Position numbers and translations under genes: made by a program
Source: Wolbachia endosymbiont strain TRS of Brugia malayi
GTDB taxonomy: Bacteria > Pseudomonadota > Alphaproteobacteria > Rickettsiales > Anaplasmataceae
Direction: 5' to 3'
Length of the DNA: 32,000 nucleotides
Assembly (NCBI RefSeq): GCF_000008385.1
Contig: NC_006833.1
Location: 780,001 to 812,000, forward strand
Part shown: piece after piece, positions 1 through 9,435 of the stretch
How positions within the stretch are numbered: the first letter of the stretch is position 1
How the letters are laid out: each line of letters opens with the position of its first letter
Notes under the pieces: model-generated
What the model was told of the DNA's origin: nothing
Databases searched by the model: none
What the model saw: only the letters and a program-made list of their open reading frames with translations

Positions 1-737
1 CATTATTTCCAGCATTACCTTTGCCCCTATAAACTAATACAGAGAAAGTTGAGACTTCTACGAAAACGCCAACCACTGCAATTACTGATACAATAAAAGC
101 TGACGCTGTAGAGGCTACTTAGCCTTCAACAACAGAATTAACAACTTAAACAAGTACTGAAAAGTCTACAACAATGGAACCTATAACAGTAGCTGTTACC
201 TCACAAACAACAACAGTAACTGAACAAGTAACAACGTCAACTCACGTTTCAATAACAAATTTAGAGGAAACTACACAAACATTATTTACTATACCAAGTA
301 CTAGAAGAATAAAAGAATCAACAACTCCTATATTTATTACGACTTTATTTCCTTAATCCATCCCTTCTATACAACCGCTTGACGTGTATAGCAGGTAAAC
401 CTAATGAGGCAAGTTGGATCTGTATTTGGAGCAGTAAGTTTTATTGGAATAATAAGGAGGATTTATAGTATACAAATACGTAAAAGAATACCGCCATTGC
501 AATACCATTCTTGTATCAGAATTAGCTAATTTGGATTATGAAAATCAATCACATTCAAATAGCAATAAGGAATTTTTTATCAGTAACAGCAGAACAAGCA
601 GTCCTGAAATAGTGCTAAATGGCATATCAGTAGAAAGCAGTAGCCAATTAAGCAGTTCATCACCTGTAAGCAGTAGAAGTTTAGAGTCTAGAAGATTATC
701 TTGTGACAGCAATGATATATCAGGACATCATCTCTAG
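1..737 (+). pseudogene. Relic of a Thr/Ser-rich single-pass membrane protein gene, 5' end outside the window
   Basis: One reading frame (positions divisible by 3) carries Thr-rich low-complexity sequence (TTAITDT.., TSQTTTVTEQVTTSTH..) and later a Ser-rich tail (SSSQLSSSSPVSSRSLESRR). That frame is broken by in-frame stops at 30, 120, 147 and 354. A hydrophobic helix plus basic stop-transfer stretch (VGSVFGAVSFIGIIRRIYSIQIRKR, about 413-495) sits in a different frame, so a frameshift is also required. Confidence 0.45.
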
Positions 738-820
738 CTATCGCTTGATGTTTAATAGCATACCATTGACTAGTAGGGAAATTATTTTACTTTCATGATT
801 TTCATGTTAAAATATAATTT

Positions 821-1165
821 CTAGGTGAAATAAGTAGCTGCTGTTGTGTGGTAAACACAGCAGAGGAAAGTCCGGGCTCCAAGGAAAAATAGTGACGGGT
901 AACACCCGCCGGAGGTAACTCCAGTTATAGGACTACAGAAAATTACCGCCTAAATATTCTTAGGTAAGGGTGAAAAGGTGTGGTAAGAGCACACCATAGC
1001 AATGGCAACATTGGTAGTCAAGTAACCAACATTAGGAGCAAGATTAAATAAGAGTAGACTTTATGTTTTCTTCATATCTACTCGGGTAAATCGCATGCAG
1101 TAAATGGTAACATTTACTCTAGATAAATAGCTACATAAACAGAACTCGGCTTATATTTCACCTAG
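821..1165 (+). ncRNA. rnpB: RNase P RNA (bacterial type A)
   Basis: The universally conserved blocks are present: GAGGAAAGTCCGGGCTCC (862-879), GGGTGAAAAGGTGTGGTAAGAGCACACC (about 968-995) and ACAGAACTCGGCTTA (about 1139-1153). The terminal P1 pairing is CTAGGTGAAATA (821-832) with TATTTCACCTAG (1154-1165). Confidence 0.9.
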
Positions 1166-1214
1166 ACATTCATATAAACATAGGTCACGCTATACTTAAA
1201 AACATGCAAGCACT

Positions 1215-1985
1215 TTATGCATTGTCCTTAACCTGTTCTGCTTGATAGTCACTACTATTTTCCCCTACATTAATACTGGAATACTCTTCCTCATCAACAT
1301 ACTCTTTCAGGACATAACCCCTGCCCCAAACGGTTTCTATGTGGCTTTTTCCATCATTTGCACTTTCAAGTTTCTTGCGCAATTTGCACATAAAGACATC
1401 AACTATCTTATTATCTGAAGGTTCATCTAAGCCGTTATAAAGATGATCTAAAAACATTTCTTTTGTTAATACTGTTCCTTTACGTAACGCTAGCAATTCT
1501 ATCATAGAATATTCTTTATTAGTAAGGTGAACTGTTTTACCTTTTACCTCAACAACCCTGTGATCAAAATTGATGTTTATATTACCAATCTTTATCACTG
1601 ACTCAGGATGGCCTTTAGTACGACGTACTATTGCTTTTATTCGAGCAAGTAGCTCACTCTTATGAAATGGTTTAGTTAAGTAGTCATCAGCACCGTACCC
1701 AAGTCCCTTAGCTTTATGATTAACAGCAGATATACATGAAAGTATCAAGACAGGAACTTTAATCTTTGCACTTCTTAACCTTAACAGTATATCATACCCA
1801 TCAATATCACCAGGTAAGTGTATATCTAGAATAACTAGGTCATAGTGATCTCCATTTGAGGAAACCATATTGTTGTTGTAGTCTTGCGCAGAAGTTACAA
1901 CATCACAAAAGTGCCCATCAGAAGTCAAAGCGTTAACTACAGTCTTTGCACTGACTTGATCATCTTCAATTAGTAATATACGCAT
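1215..1985 (-). CDS. ctrA: OmpR-family response regulator, CtrA-like cell-cycle regulator
   Basis: The N-terminus is a receiver domain (MRILLIEDD, LVILDIHLPGDIDG, conserved K in LTKPF). The C-terminus is a winged helix ending IETVWGRGYVLKE, which is typical of alphaproteobacterial CtrA. It has an acidic C-terminal tail. Confidence 0.8.
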   Translation of the reverse strand: MRILLIEDDQVSAKTVVNALTSDGHFCDVVTSAQDYNNNMVSSNGDHYDLVILDIHLPGDIDGYDILLRLRSAKIKVPVLILSCISAVNHKAKGLGYGADDYLTKPFHKSELLARIKAIVRRTKGHPESVIKIGNININFDHRVVEVKGKTVHLTNKEYSMIELLALRKGTVLTKEMFLDHLYNGLDEPSDNKIVDVFMCKLRKKLESANDGKSHIETVWGRGYVLKEYVDEEEYSSINVGENSSDYQAEQVKDNA

Positions 1986-2211
1986 ATTTTACACCCCGTA
2001 AATAATTTATAATTTTAGTAATATATATAACTAAGGAAAGTAACAAATCAAACTTTTATTGATAAACGGCCAAAATTACTAACAGTAAACATATCATTTC
2101 AAAATTATATCAACAGATCTAAAATATAATAGATATAATATATATCATAAAAATAACACTGTTTTTAGTAAACATTGAACTAAAGTTGTTGCTATTAAAA
2201 GAATACTTAGG

Positions 2212-2227
2212 TTAATAAATATTTAAC
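2212..2227. promoter_or_regulatory. Candidate CtrA box (TTAA-N7-TTAAC) in the ctrA/gpsA divergent intergenic region
   Basis: TTAATAAATATTTAAC exactly matches the Caulobacter-type CtrA consensus TTAA-N7-TTAAC. It lies about 230 bp upstream of ctrA and about 80 bp upstream of gpsA. A chance match is plausible in DNA this AT-rich. Confidence 0.3.
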
Positions 2228-2307
2228 TATCTTATAACCTATATTATATTTTTAATTTACTTATTCTGCTATTCTAAAGTATAAGTAATACTTTCCAGGA
2301 ACACTGT

Positions 2308-3291
2308 GTGACAATATCAATTTTAGGTGCTGGTGCATGGGGTACAGCAATTGCAAATTCACTGAGTGGTAAGCAAAATGTAATTCTATGGACTCACAAT
2401 AAAACCACATTTGAATCAATTAGCAGAACAAGAGAAAGCGACAAATTATTAGGCTGTCAAATTCCTGAAAACGTATCAGTAAAATTGGCTATTAAAGAAA
2501 CAGTTAACGCTTCAGCAATGATTTTTGCTGTTCCTACTCAGTCTCTTAGGAAAGTATGTCAGCAATTACACGATTGTAACTTAAAAAAAGATGTAGCAAT
2601 AATTTTAGCCTGTAAAGGGATAGAAAAATCTACATTAAAACTACCAAGTGAAATAGTAAATGAAGTTTTACCTAACAATCCGGTTGCTATTTTTTCAGGT
2701 CCAAGTTTCGCTATAGAAGTTGCAAAAAAATTACCATATTCAATGGTTCTTGCATGTCAAGATGACACATTAGGTTCAAAGCTAATATCAGAACTACAGC
2801 AGGAAAACATAAAATTGCACTTCAGTAGCGATGTTGTAGGAGTACAGATCTGCGCAGCACTAAAGAACGTTTTTGCTATAGCATGTGGAATTGTTCTGGG
2901 TAAAAAACTTGGATTTAATGCCCACGCAGCACTGGTAACAAAAAGCATGAATGAAGTAAAGACCTTATATCTAGCAAAAACAGATAGCGTTAGTATAGAC
3001 ATAGATACGCTACTTGGACCTGCATGTCTGGGTGACCTAATTATGACATGTACATCCTTAAATTCAAGAAACCTGTCCTTTGGGTTTAAAATAGGTAGTA
3101 GTAACAATAGCTTTGATGCTCAGCAGACTCTGTCAGAGGGTAAGTCAGTGATTGAAGGTTTTAGTACCGCTCAATCTGCATTTAATTTAGCAGAGAAACT
3201 AAAGATAAAAATGCCTATATGTGAAGCAGTATATAGATTATTGTATGAAAGTGCATCTATAGAGGATACTATTTCCGTTTTTGTAGGTTAA
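2308..3291 (+). CDS. gpsA: NAD(P)H-dependent glycerol-3-phosphate dehydrogenase
   Basis: The N-terminus has a Rossmann motif (ISILGAGAWGTAIA) and the protein is GpsA-like throughout (ACKGIE, GPSFA.EV, ALKNV.AIA.G). It uses a GTG start, with AGGA 7 nt upstream. Confidence 0.9.
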   Translation: MTISILGAGAWGTAIANSLSGKQNVILWTHNKTTFESISRTRESDKLLGCQIPENVSVKLAIKETVNASAMIFAVPTQSLRKVCQQLHDCNLKKDVAIILACKGIEKSTLKLPSEIVNEVLPNNPVAIFSGPSFAIEVAKKLPYSMVLACQDDTLGSKLISELQQENIKLHFSSDVVGVQICAALKNVFAIACGIVLGKKLGFNAHAALVTKSMNEVKTLYLAKTDSVSIDIDTLLGPACLGDLIMTCTSLNSRNLSFGFKIGSSNNSFDAQQTLSEGKSVIEGFSTAQSAFNLAEKLKIKMPICEAVYRLLYESASIEDTISVFVG

Positions 3292-3301
3292 TTTTATAGT
3301 T

Positions 3302-3793
3302 TTGTGTACTGTGAAATTTTTATATAAATTGATATCAACATGGTGGCTATCTGGGACAGTAAAAAAAATGCCAGGCACTGTAGGCAGCTTAGCTGCTTAC
3401 CCAATTGTTCTCCTAGTACTAAGTGACAAAATTTTAGGTGCAGCAATTATCCTTTTCTTATTCTTAATCGGATTGTGGTCCACAGATAATTATATAAAAC
3501 ATTACCAGACTTCACATGATCCAAAGGAGGTAGTGATTGATGAAGTAGTTGGTCAATTTCTGACAATATTTCTAATTTCAGTATTGCTAAACCAAGAGGT
3601 GAGTTGCCCTTTATTGCTGTTGTGCTTTCTTTTCTTTAGGTTTTTTGATATAATAAAAACGTGGCCTATAAATTTGATTGATAAAAATATCAAAGGTCCT
3701 CTAGGCATTATGCTGGATGATATTATAGCTGCAATTTTAGCCTGTGTTCCTATAGGGGCTTTTTATTGTCTATTGTCTGTGTATGCGGGATAA
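3302..3793 (+). CDS. pgpA: Phosphatidylglycerophosphatase A
   Basis: PgpA motifs are present (PGTVGSLAA, DEVVGQ, FRFFDI.K.WPI, DDIIAAI) in a polytopic membrane profile. The start codon is uncertain; the track uses a TTG at 3302. Confidence 0.8.
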   Translation: MCTVKFLYKLISTWWLSGTVKKMPGTVGSLAAYPIVLLVLSDKILGAAIILFLFLIGLWSTDNYIKHYQTSHDPKEVVIDEVVGQFLTIFLISVLLNQEVSCPLLLLCFLFFRFFDIIKTWPINLIDKNIKGPLGIMLDDIIAAILACVPIGAFYCLLSVYAG

Positions 3794-4562
3794 GAAAATT
3801 TACTATTCAAGCTTAGTTATTCAAAATCTAAAGGATTATATACTTTATGCAGCAAATTTATCTAAGTGGGAAGTGCATGACAAATTCGATAATGTTACAT
3901 TCACAATAAATGGTACTAGAGAGTCATTATTCAATTTTGTGTTTTGTGAAGACCAATGTACTGAGCTTTCTGTACAAAAAACTTTAGATTATCTTAGAGC
4001 AAGAAATATAGAAGCAACATGGGTAATGAATTCGCATACAAAGACACAGGGCATTTTAGAAAAGTGTGGAATAAAACACGTCAGCACACCAAAAAAAGTT
4101 TTACTTAACATGAAAAATTACTTCTTGCCCGCTGATGTTGTTCCAGGCTTAAAGTTGAACGCTGTAACTAGTAGCAACCTCTTAAAACAGCTAGATTCAT
4201 ATACTTCTAAGATTTTTCACCACAGTATTGGAATTGTTAGCACATTTTTTCGCGGATTATCAAATTATGATGATAAAAACTCAGGATTAAGATTTTTTCT
4301 TGTAACACTAAACGATGAAATTATTGGAACATGCGGCTTTTATATTCAAGACAGCGTAGCCGGTTTTTACAGTGATGGAGTTTTGCCAATTTATAGAAAT
4401 CGTGGGATAGGTACACAAATGGTTTTAGATAGAATCAAAATAATTCAGCAGCTTGAATGCAAACATGTAGTAGCACATTGCATGAAACCTTCTGTCAACC
4501 TTTATAAGAGATTGGGTTTTCAGATATTAGGCAATCTTTACTTGTACACTTCTTCAGCGTAA
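3783..4562 (+). CDS. GNAT-family N-acetyltransferase, two-lobed
   Basis: The C-terminal half carries the acetyl-CoA binding motif A (YRNRGIGTQMVLDRI) and ends LYKRLGF. It overlaps the pgpA stop by 11 nt, which suggests an operon. Confidence 0.6.
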   Translation: MRDKKIYYSSLVIQNLKDYILYAANLSKWEVHDKFDNVTFTINGTRESLFNFVFCEDQCTELSVQKTLDYLRARNIEATWVMNSHTKTQGILEKCGIKHVSTPKKVLLNMKNYFLPADVVPGLKLNAVTSSNLLKQLDSYTSKIFHHSIGIVSTFFRGLSNYDDKNSGLRFFLVTLNDEIIGTCGFYIQDSVAGFYSDGVLPIYRNRGIGTQMVLDRIKIIQQLECKHVVAHCMKPSVNLYKRLGFQILGNLYLYTSSA

Positions 4563-4617
4563 CTTAACATACCCTTACCAAGAGGTTATAAATTTTTACG
4601 TCTGTTTTAAAGGTACT

Positions 4618-5754
4618 ATGTTTTTTCTGTACGAAGTAGTTTTATTGTTAATTTTAATATTATTCTTTCTTTCTTATTCTAAATTGAAAGTGGATAATAA
4701 AATTAAGAGCCTACAACACCAAAATATTATAATAAATAATTTAATTGATACTGTAGATGATGGGTTTTACATTTGGGATGCAAAAAAACGCATAGAAAAA
4801 TTTTCTCCTAACTTATTAATTTTACTTAATACTGTTTTTTACTCATTCAATGAGTTCGTAAACTTTTTTGAGCAATCGGAAAGCTTAATTAAAAATTTCA
4901 CCGAAGCAAAGGAAATAAATAAATCTTTCACTTTGGATTTAAAGTCAAAAGACGGTGAAGTTTATTGTATGTGTTATGGTAGAAGCATAATAGACGATTT
5001 TAACAAAGTGATTGGTGTGCTGTTGTGGATAAGAAATATCTCAGACTACAAGATAAAAGCCAATGCACTTGAGTTAGAAAATAATAAGCTCACACAAGAA
5101 ATAGAGAATTATAGAAATATTTTCAACTCTTTGCCGTTTCCAATACTAAAATATGATGAAAATAAAAAAGTAAAGTTTCATAATTTGTTTTATGATAAAT
5201 ATATAAACAGTTCTCAGAGATTGGCTGTCATTAGCAGCGTCTACAACACAAAATTAGGAAAGCATGTGATCACTTGTAAAAATGAACGCAAGATCTTTGA
5301 TTTTATTAAAATTCCAATACGAAGTTCCGGCAGTATGGTAATGTATGGAAAAGATATCAGTGATGCAGAGGGGTTACGTGCTGAATTAGATAGTTATCTA
5401 GCTACACAGAAAAATTTACTTGAGGAGCTACCAATTGCTATCGCAATATATAGTAAGAATCAAAAACTAAAGTTTTACAATAACGCTTTTGTAAAAACCT
5501 TTCAGTTTGACGCAAAATTTTTAGTATCTTATCCAACTTATTATGAAGTCATGCTTTATCTATTCGAACCTAAAAAGCTTTTAGAAAAAGAAGATTTCCA
5601 AACCATTAGTAACCAAAGGCATGAGTTGTTTAAAAAACTATTTGGGCCACATAATGATACGATCCATCTCACAAATGGAAAAGTATTCAGAATACTAACG
5701 ATACCCTATGCTTCAGAAGGCTTGCTCTTTGCATACAAAGAGTACAAAAGATAA
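4618..5754 (+). CDS. Membrane-anchored protein with three PAS-like sensor repeats and no kinase core
   Basis: It has an N-terminal TM helix. Three segments have PAS N-cap-like starts: LIDTVDDGFYIWDAKKRIEKFSPN, IFNSLPFPILKYDENKKVKFHN and LLEELPIAIAIYSKNQKLKFYNNAF. No H-box (HisKA) or N/G1/G2 ATPase motifs are present. The ORF ends 3 nt before the convergent sdhB stop. Confidence 0.5.
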   Translation: MFFLYEVVLLLILILFFLSYSKLKVDNKIKSLQHQNIIINNLIDTVDDGFYIWDAKKRIEKFSPNLLILLNTVFYSFNEFVNFFEQSESLIKNFTEAKEINKSFTLDLKSKDGEVYCMCYGRSIIDDFNKVIGVLLWIRNISDYKIKANALELENNKLTQEIENYRNIFNSLPFPILKYDENKKVKFHNLFYDKYINSSQRLAVISSVYNTKLGKHVITCKNERKIFDFIKIPIRSSGSMVMYGKDISDAEGLRAELDSYLATQKNLLEELPIAIAIYSKNQKLKFYNNAFVKTFQFDAKFLVSYPTYYEVMLYLFEPKKLLEKEDFQTISNQRHELFKKLFGPHNDTIHLTNGKVFRILTIPYASEGLLFAYKEYKR

Positions 5755-5757
5755 AAT

Positions 5758-6546
5758 TTAAAATCCTTTTCTCTCTACCATAAGCTGTTTTATTTTCGCT
5801 ATTGCTTTTGCTGGATTAAGCCCTTTAGGGCAGGTTTTTGTGCAACTCATTATTGTATGACAACGATACAACTTAAATGGGTCATTTAAGGCATCAAGTC
5901 TTTCATCTGTTTTATTATCACGACTATCAGCAATCCATCTGTAAGCTTGTAATAGTATTGCTGGTCCTAAAAATTTATCATTATTCCACCAATAGTTTGG
6001 ACAACCAGTCGAGCAGCAAGCACATAATATACAATCAGAAAGGCCATCCAGTTTTTTTCTATCTTCAGGAGATTGCGAATATTCTTGATTTAGCAGGTTA
6101 GGCTTATCTGCCTGTAACCAAGGATTAACTGACTTATATTGCTCATAAAATTGGCTCAAGTCTGAAACTAGATCTTTTATTACATACATATGAGGTAATG
6201 GATATATTTTTACATCACCCTTTATATCTGGTATAGATTTAGTACATGCAAGAGTATTGGTCCCATCAATATTCATAGCACAAGACCCACATATTCCTTC
6301 TCTGCAAGAACGTCTAAAAGTTAAGGTAGGATCTATTTCATCCTTTATTTTTATCAATGCATCAAGCACCATAGAGCCACAATTATCCATATCAATGAAA
6401 AACGTGTCTACTCTAGGATTTTTTTTGTCATCAGCAGACCAACGGTAAATTTGAAATCTCCTAACATTTTTCGCTTTAGTAGGAGCAGGGTAAACCTTGC
6501 CCTTTTTATTAATTTTAGAATTTTTTGGCAAAAAAAACTGAACCAT
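5758..6546 (-). CDS. sdhB: Succinate dehydrogenase iron-sulfur subunit
   Basis: All three Fe-S cysteine clusters are present: [27 protein letters not shown] and [17 protein letters not shown]. Confidence 0.95.
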   Translation of the reverse strand: MVQFFLPKNSKINKKGKVYPAPTKAKNVRRFQIYRWSADDKKNPRVDTFFIDMDNCGSMVLDALIKIKDEIDPTLTFRRSCREGICGSCAMNIDGTNTLACTKSIPDIKGDVKIYPLPHMYVIKDLVSDLSQFYEQYKSVNPWLQADKPNLLNQEYSQSPEDRKKLDGLSDCILCACCSTGCPNYWWNNDKFLGPAILLQAYRWIADSRDNKTDERLDALNDPFKLYRCHTIMSCTKTCPKGLNPAKAIAKIKQLMVERKGF

Positions 6547-6639
6547 ATTGCTTATCTTTTATCATCTATAGCTAAAAACCCTTTTGCTCTGTAGATAACA
6601 TATTTTAACATCATCCACTATATTTTTATTAAATCCCTT

Positions 6640-7092
6640 TTAAATTGCACACATATTGTATCCAAGCGAAGCTAAAATCTTACCTTCCAGATTTTTCATT
6701 ACAACTTCCTCACCTTTTTTCTGGTGATCATAGCCAAGTAAATGCAATAACCCATGCACTAACATATGTGCAACATGAGCTGGAATGGGTATATGATACT
6801 CATCTGATTCTTTTCTTACTGTGTCTATTGAAATAGCTATGTCTCCTAAGTCGCATTCACTAGATAATTGTTCACACGGAAATGATAGCACATTAGTTGG
6901 CTTATTCATCTGTCTAAATCTTAAATTAAGTTGATGCAGCAAATTATCATCAGCAAGAGCGATTGATATATTCGGTTTATATTGGTCTATTTTCAACTCT
7001 TTGAGAGAGGCATTTATAATGTTCAATGTAAAGCCCTTTGGATCTTCTACAATGCTGTACCACTTCTTATCAAGAATATTCACTTCTAACAT
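6640..7092 (-). CDS. ybeY: rRNA maturation endoribonuclease YbeY
   Basis: The zinc motif [11 protein letters not shown] is present. I prefer the ATG at 7092 ([11 protein letters not shown].., 150 aa) over the TTG at 7155 used by the ORF track. Confidence 0.85.
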
Positions 7093-7158
7093 GAGTAATA
7101 TACCAAGAAAGATATTACACACTGGAACGACATCATTTGGAAACTGAAATGACAAGTA

Positions 7159-7556
7159 TTACACATCACTCATTTTTATTATTTCATTCCACTCAACTTC
7201 TGAGACTGGAAAAATTAATAAGCGTGTTTGTTTTAAAATGACCATGTTTTTTAAAGCGGATTTCTTTTTATATCGCTTAAAGTTACTTGGTTAAGTAAAG
7301 GCTTAGAAAATTTCACATCTATCAACCCAAACCCAGAACCATTAACATGATAGTGTTCTTTAAATACTTCAACTACTCCAAATATCACTTTCTCTTTACC
7401 TGTATGATAAAAAAATGCAAAATCACCTAATTTCATAGTTTTCATACAATTTTGATGTTGATAGTTGCATATACCACTTCACCTGACTACCTGCTCTCTT
7501 TTCATCTTTGCCATGAATAATTTACTTGGCTTTGACTTAAGTAGCCAAAATTGCAT
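7159..7556 (-). pseudogene. EVE-domain protein gene inactivated by a nonsense codon and a frameshift
   Basis: The ATG at 7556 overlaps the ftsZ stop (TAATG). The sequence reads [11 protein letters not shown]...QVVR-TGA-SGICNYQHQN.MKTMKLGDFAFFYHTGKEK.., with an in-frame TGA at 7479-7481. The C-terminus (KNMVILKQTRLLIFPVSEVEWNEIIKMSDV*) continues in another frame after the T3A6 run at 7247-7255. Confidence 0.7.
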
Positions 7557-8746
7557 TACTTCTTTCTTCTTAAATAAGCTGGTATATCATAGATATTGCT
7601 GCTCCACTTAACTCCTTCACTTACTTGTTCAGCTTGTTTTGCCTCTGGAAGTAGAGTTTGGCTGTAAGACCACTCGAACTTTTTCTCCTCTGAAGTCTCA
7701 TCTTGATTTACAGATGAAGTTTCTTGCTTGTTATCATGAGTAACGCTACAATCAATGCCAGTTGCAAGAACAGAGACCCTCACTCTTCCTTCCATTGCTT
7801 GATCAAAGGTAGCACCAAATATTATATTTGCATTTTCGTCTACTTCTTCGCGCACTCTATTCGCCGCAGCATCAACCTCAAACAGAGTCATATCTCCACC
7901 GCCGGTAATATTAATCAATATTCCTTGCGCCCCTTTCATTGACACATTATCAAGCAAAGGATTAGATATCGCAGCTTCTGCAGCACTGATAGCTCTATCT
8001 TCTCCCTCTGCCTCCCCAGTACCAATCATTGCTTTACCCATTTCGCTCATTACTGTTTCTATATCAGCAAAATCAAGATTAATGAGCCCTGGCATAACCA
8101 TTAAGTCAGTCACCCCTCTAATGCCAATATGCAGTACGTTGTCAGCAAGTTTAAACGCATCAGAGAATGTAGTTTTTTCATTAGCAACCCTAAATAAGTT
8201 TTGGTTTGGAATGACAATAAGCGTATCTACGTATTTTTGTAATTCTTCAAGCCCAAGTTCCGCAATACGCATACGGCGCACACCTTCAAAGCCAAATGGT
8301 TTGGTTACAACTCCAACAGTCAATATCTTTTTTTCTTTTGACGCTTTATCCTTAACTCCAGCTCTTGCCTCTCTTGTTGCTTTTGCAATTACTGGTGCTG
8401 CGCCTGTTCCAGTGCCACCACCCATCCCTGCCGTGATGAAAAGCATATGGCTATCTTTTATATGCTCCATAATCTCATCGATTGACTCTTCTGCTGCACC
8501 CTTGCCAACATCAGGCAAAGCACCAGCACCAAGACCCTTAGTTAAATTAATACCTAACTGAATTTTCTTATCACATAATGATTTTTCTAGTGCTTGAGCA
8601 TCGGTATTTGCTACAACAAAATTCACTCCTTGCAAATTAGACTGGATCATGTTGTTTACAGCATTCCCACCAGCACCGCCCACTCCCACAACGGTGATTC
8701 TTGGATATAATACGGGTAGCTCTGGCAAACTAAGGTCAATTGACAT
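7556..8746 (-). CDS. ftsZ: Cell division GTPase FtsZ
   Basis: The tubulin signature [13 protein letters not shown], the motifs [11 protein letters not shown] and NTDAQAL, and the C-terminal conserved peptide [10 protein letters not shown] are all present. Confidence 0.98.
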   Translation of the reverse strand: MSIDLSLPELPVLYPRITVVGVGGAGGNAVNNMIQSNLQGVNFVVANTDAQALEKSLCDKKIQLGINLTKGLGAGALPDVGKGAAEESIDEIMEHIKDSHMLFITAGMGGGTGTGAAPVIAKATREARAGVKDKASKEKKILTVGVVTKPFGFEGVRRMRIAELGLEELQKYVDTLIVIPNQNLFRVANEKTTFSDAFKLADNVLHIGIRGVTDLMVMPGLINLDFADIETVMSEMGKAMIGTGEAEGEDRAISAAEAAISNPLLDNVSMKGAQGILINITGGGDMTLFEVDAAANRVREEVDENANIIFGATFDQAMEGRVRVSVLATGIDCSVTHDNKQETSSVNQDETSEEKKFEWSYSQTLLPEAKQAEQVSEGVKWSSNIYDIPAYLRRKK

Positions 8747-9388
8747 TTAAATTACTCAAAATTTAGTGAATTCACTTGATAATAAGTTACTACCTTTTTA
8801 ACAACATGCAAACACTTTTCATCCCTACAGACATAAATAGTAAACGGATTTACTTATTTTTAACATTTATACTAATATTTATAATCAATTAATAAATGGT
8901 GAATATTAAACAAGCAGTATTACTCAACAGTCTGCATCTTTTTCTATATAAGATATTATAGCTAAAATAGCTTAGCATAACCTTTAGCTATGAATACTAA
9001 GAAACTTACTAAGATGAAAAAAAGGTAAAAAAACTAGAGTAGCTAGTTACTAACTCTTTATTCTAAATTGACATCGAATGATGTCTTACAACACTTTATA
9101 AGTGCATCTCAGCTTGTATAGGTAAAAACCTAAAATTTCATAAAGATATAAGGTACACATAGTGCAAAAAATTAAATAATAGTAGACTAAACAGAAGATC
9201 TTCCTATCATTTTAATCTGCACAGATTGGGAAATTATATAAAACAGCTTCACTATCGTGGTAAGAGAAATAGCAAAGCTTGTCAAGTAGTTTTTTGCACT
9301 TTTATGAGCTACTTGAATTTCTGAAACCCAATGCCTATGCAGTTACTGTATTACCCCAAGTGATGCAAAAAATAGAAAATATTTAGAA

Positions 9389-9416
9389 GAAAAAGGGACA
9401 GAGACCTATCCCTTTT
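9389..9416 (-). terminator. Candidate intrinsic terminator downstream of the 9436..9936 gene
   Basis: On the minus strand, AAAGGGA-(10 nt)-TCCCTTT forms a hairpin (9392-9398 with 9409-9415). It is followed by TTCTTCT and lies 20 nt after the stop codon. Confidence 0.4.
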
Positions 9417-9435
9417 CACTGAAAGTTGCACTAAT

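Noticed and set aside
2757-3107. A 116-aa ORF antisense to gpsA. Similar antisense ORFs lie at 5877-6101, 6257-6448, 6645-6836, 7724-7942, 8082-8561, 12904-13275, 13706-14010, 14671-15407, 19743-19958, 20721-20906, 22577-22879, 24693-25226, 25471-25959, 27016-27429, 27638-27877, 27947-28228, 29056-29286, 29434-29631, 31010-31207 and 31426-31671.
   Set aside because: These are shadow ORFs on the opposite strand or in an alternative frame of strongly supported genes. They have no recognisable motifs, their composition is low-complexity or biased, and they have no independent start context.
6775-6800. ATTCCAGCTCATG inside ybeY considered as a sixth copy of the palindromic repeat.
   Set aside because: Only about 9 nt match. 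The GACACT..CAG core is absent. The encoded [11 protein letters not shown] is ordinary YbeY sequence immediately preceding the HGxLHLxGYDH motif.
7479-7481. The in-frame TGA in the EVE gene considered as selenocysteine or as Trp recoding under an alternative genetic code.
   Set aside because: No SECIS-like hairpin follows it. All other genes in the window terminate normally at TGA, TAA or TAG under code 11. The same gene also carries an independent frameshift, so simple pseudogenisation is the most economical reading.
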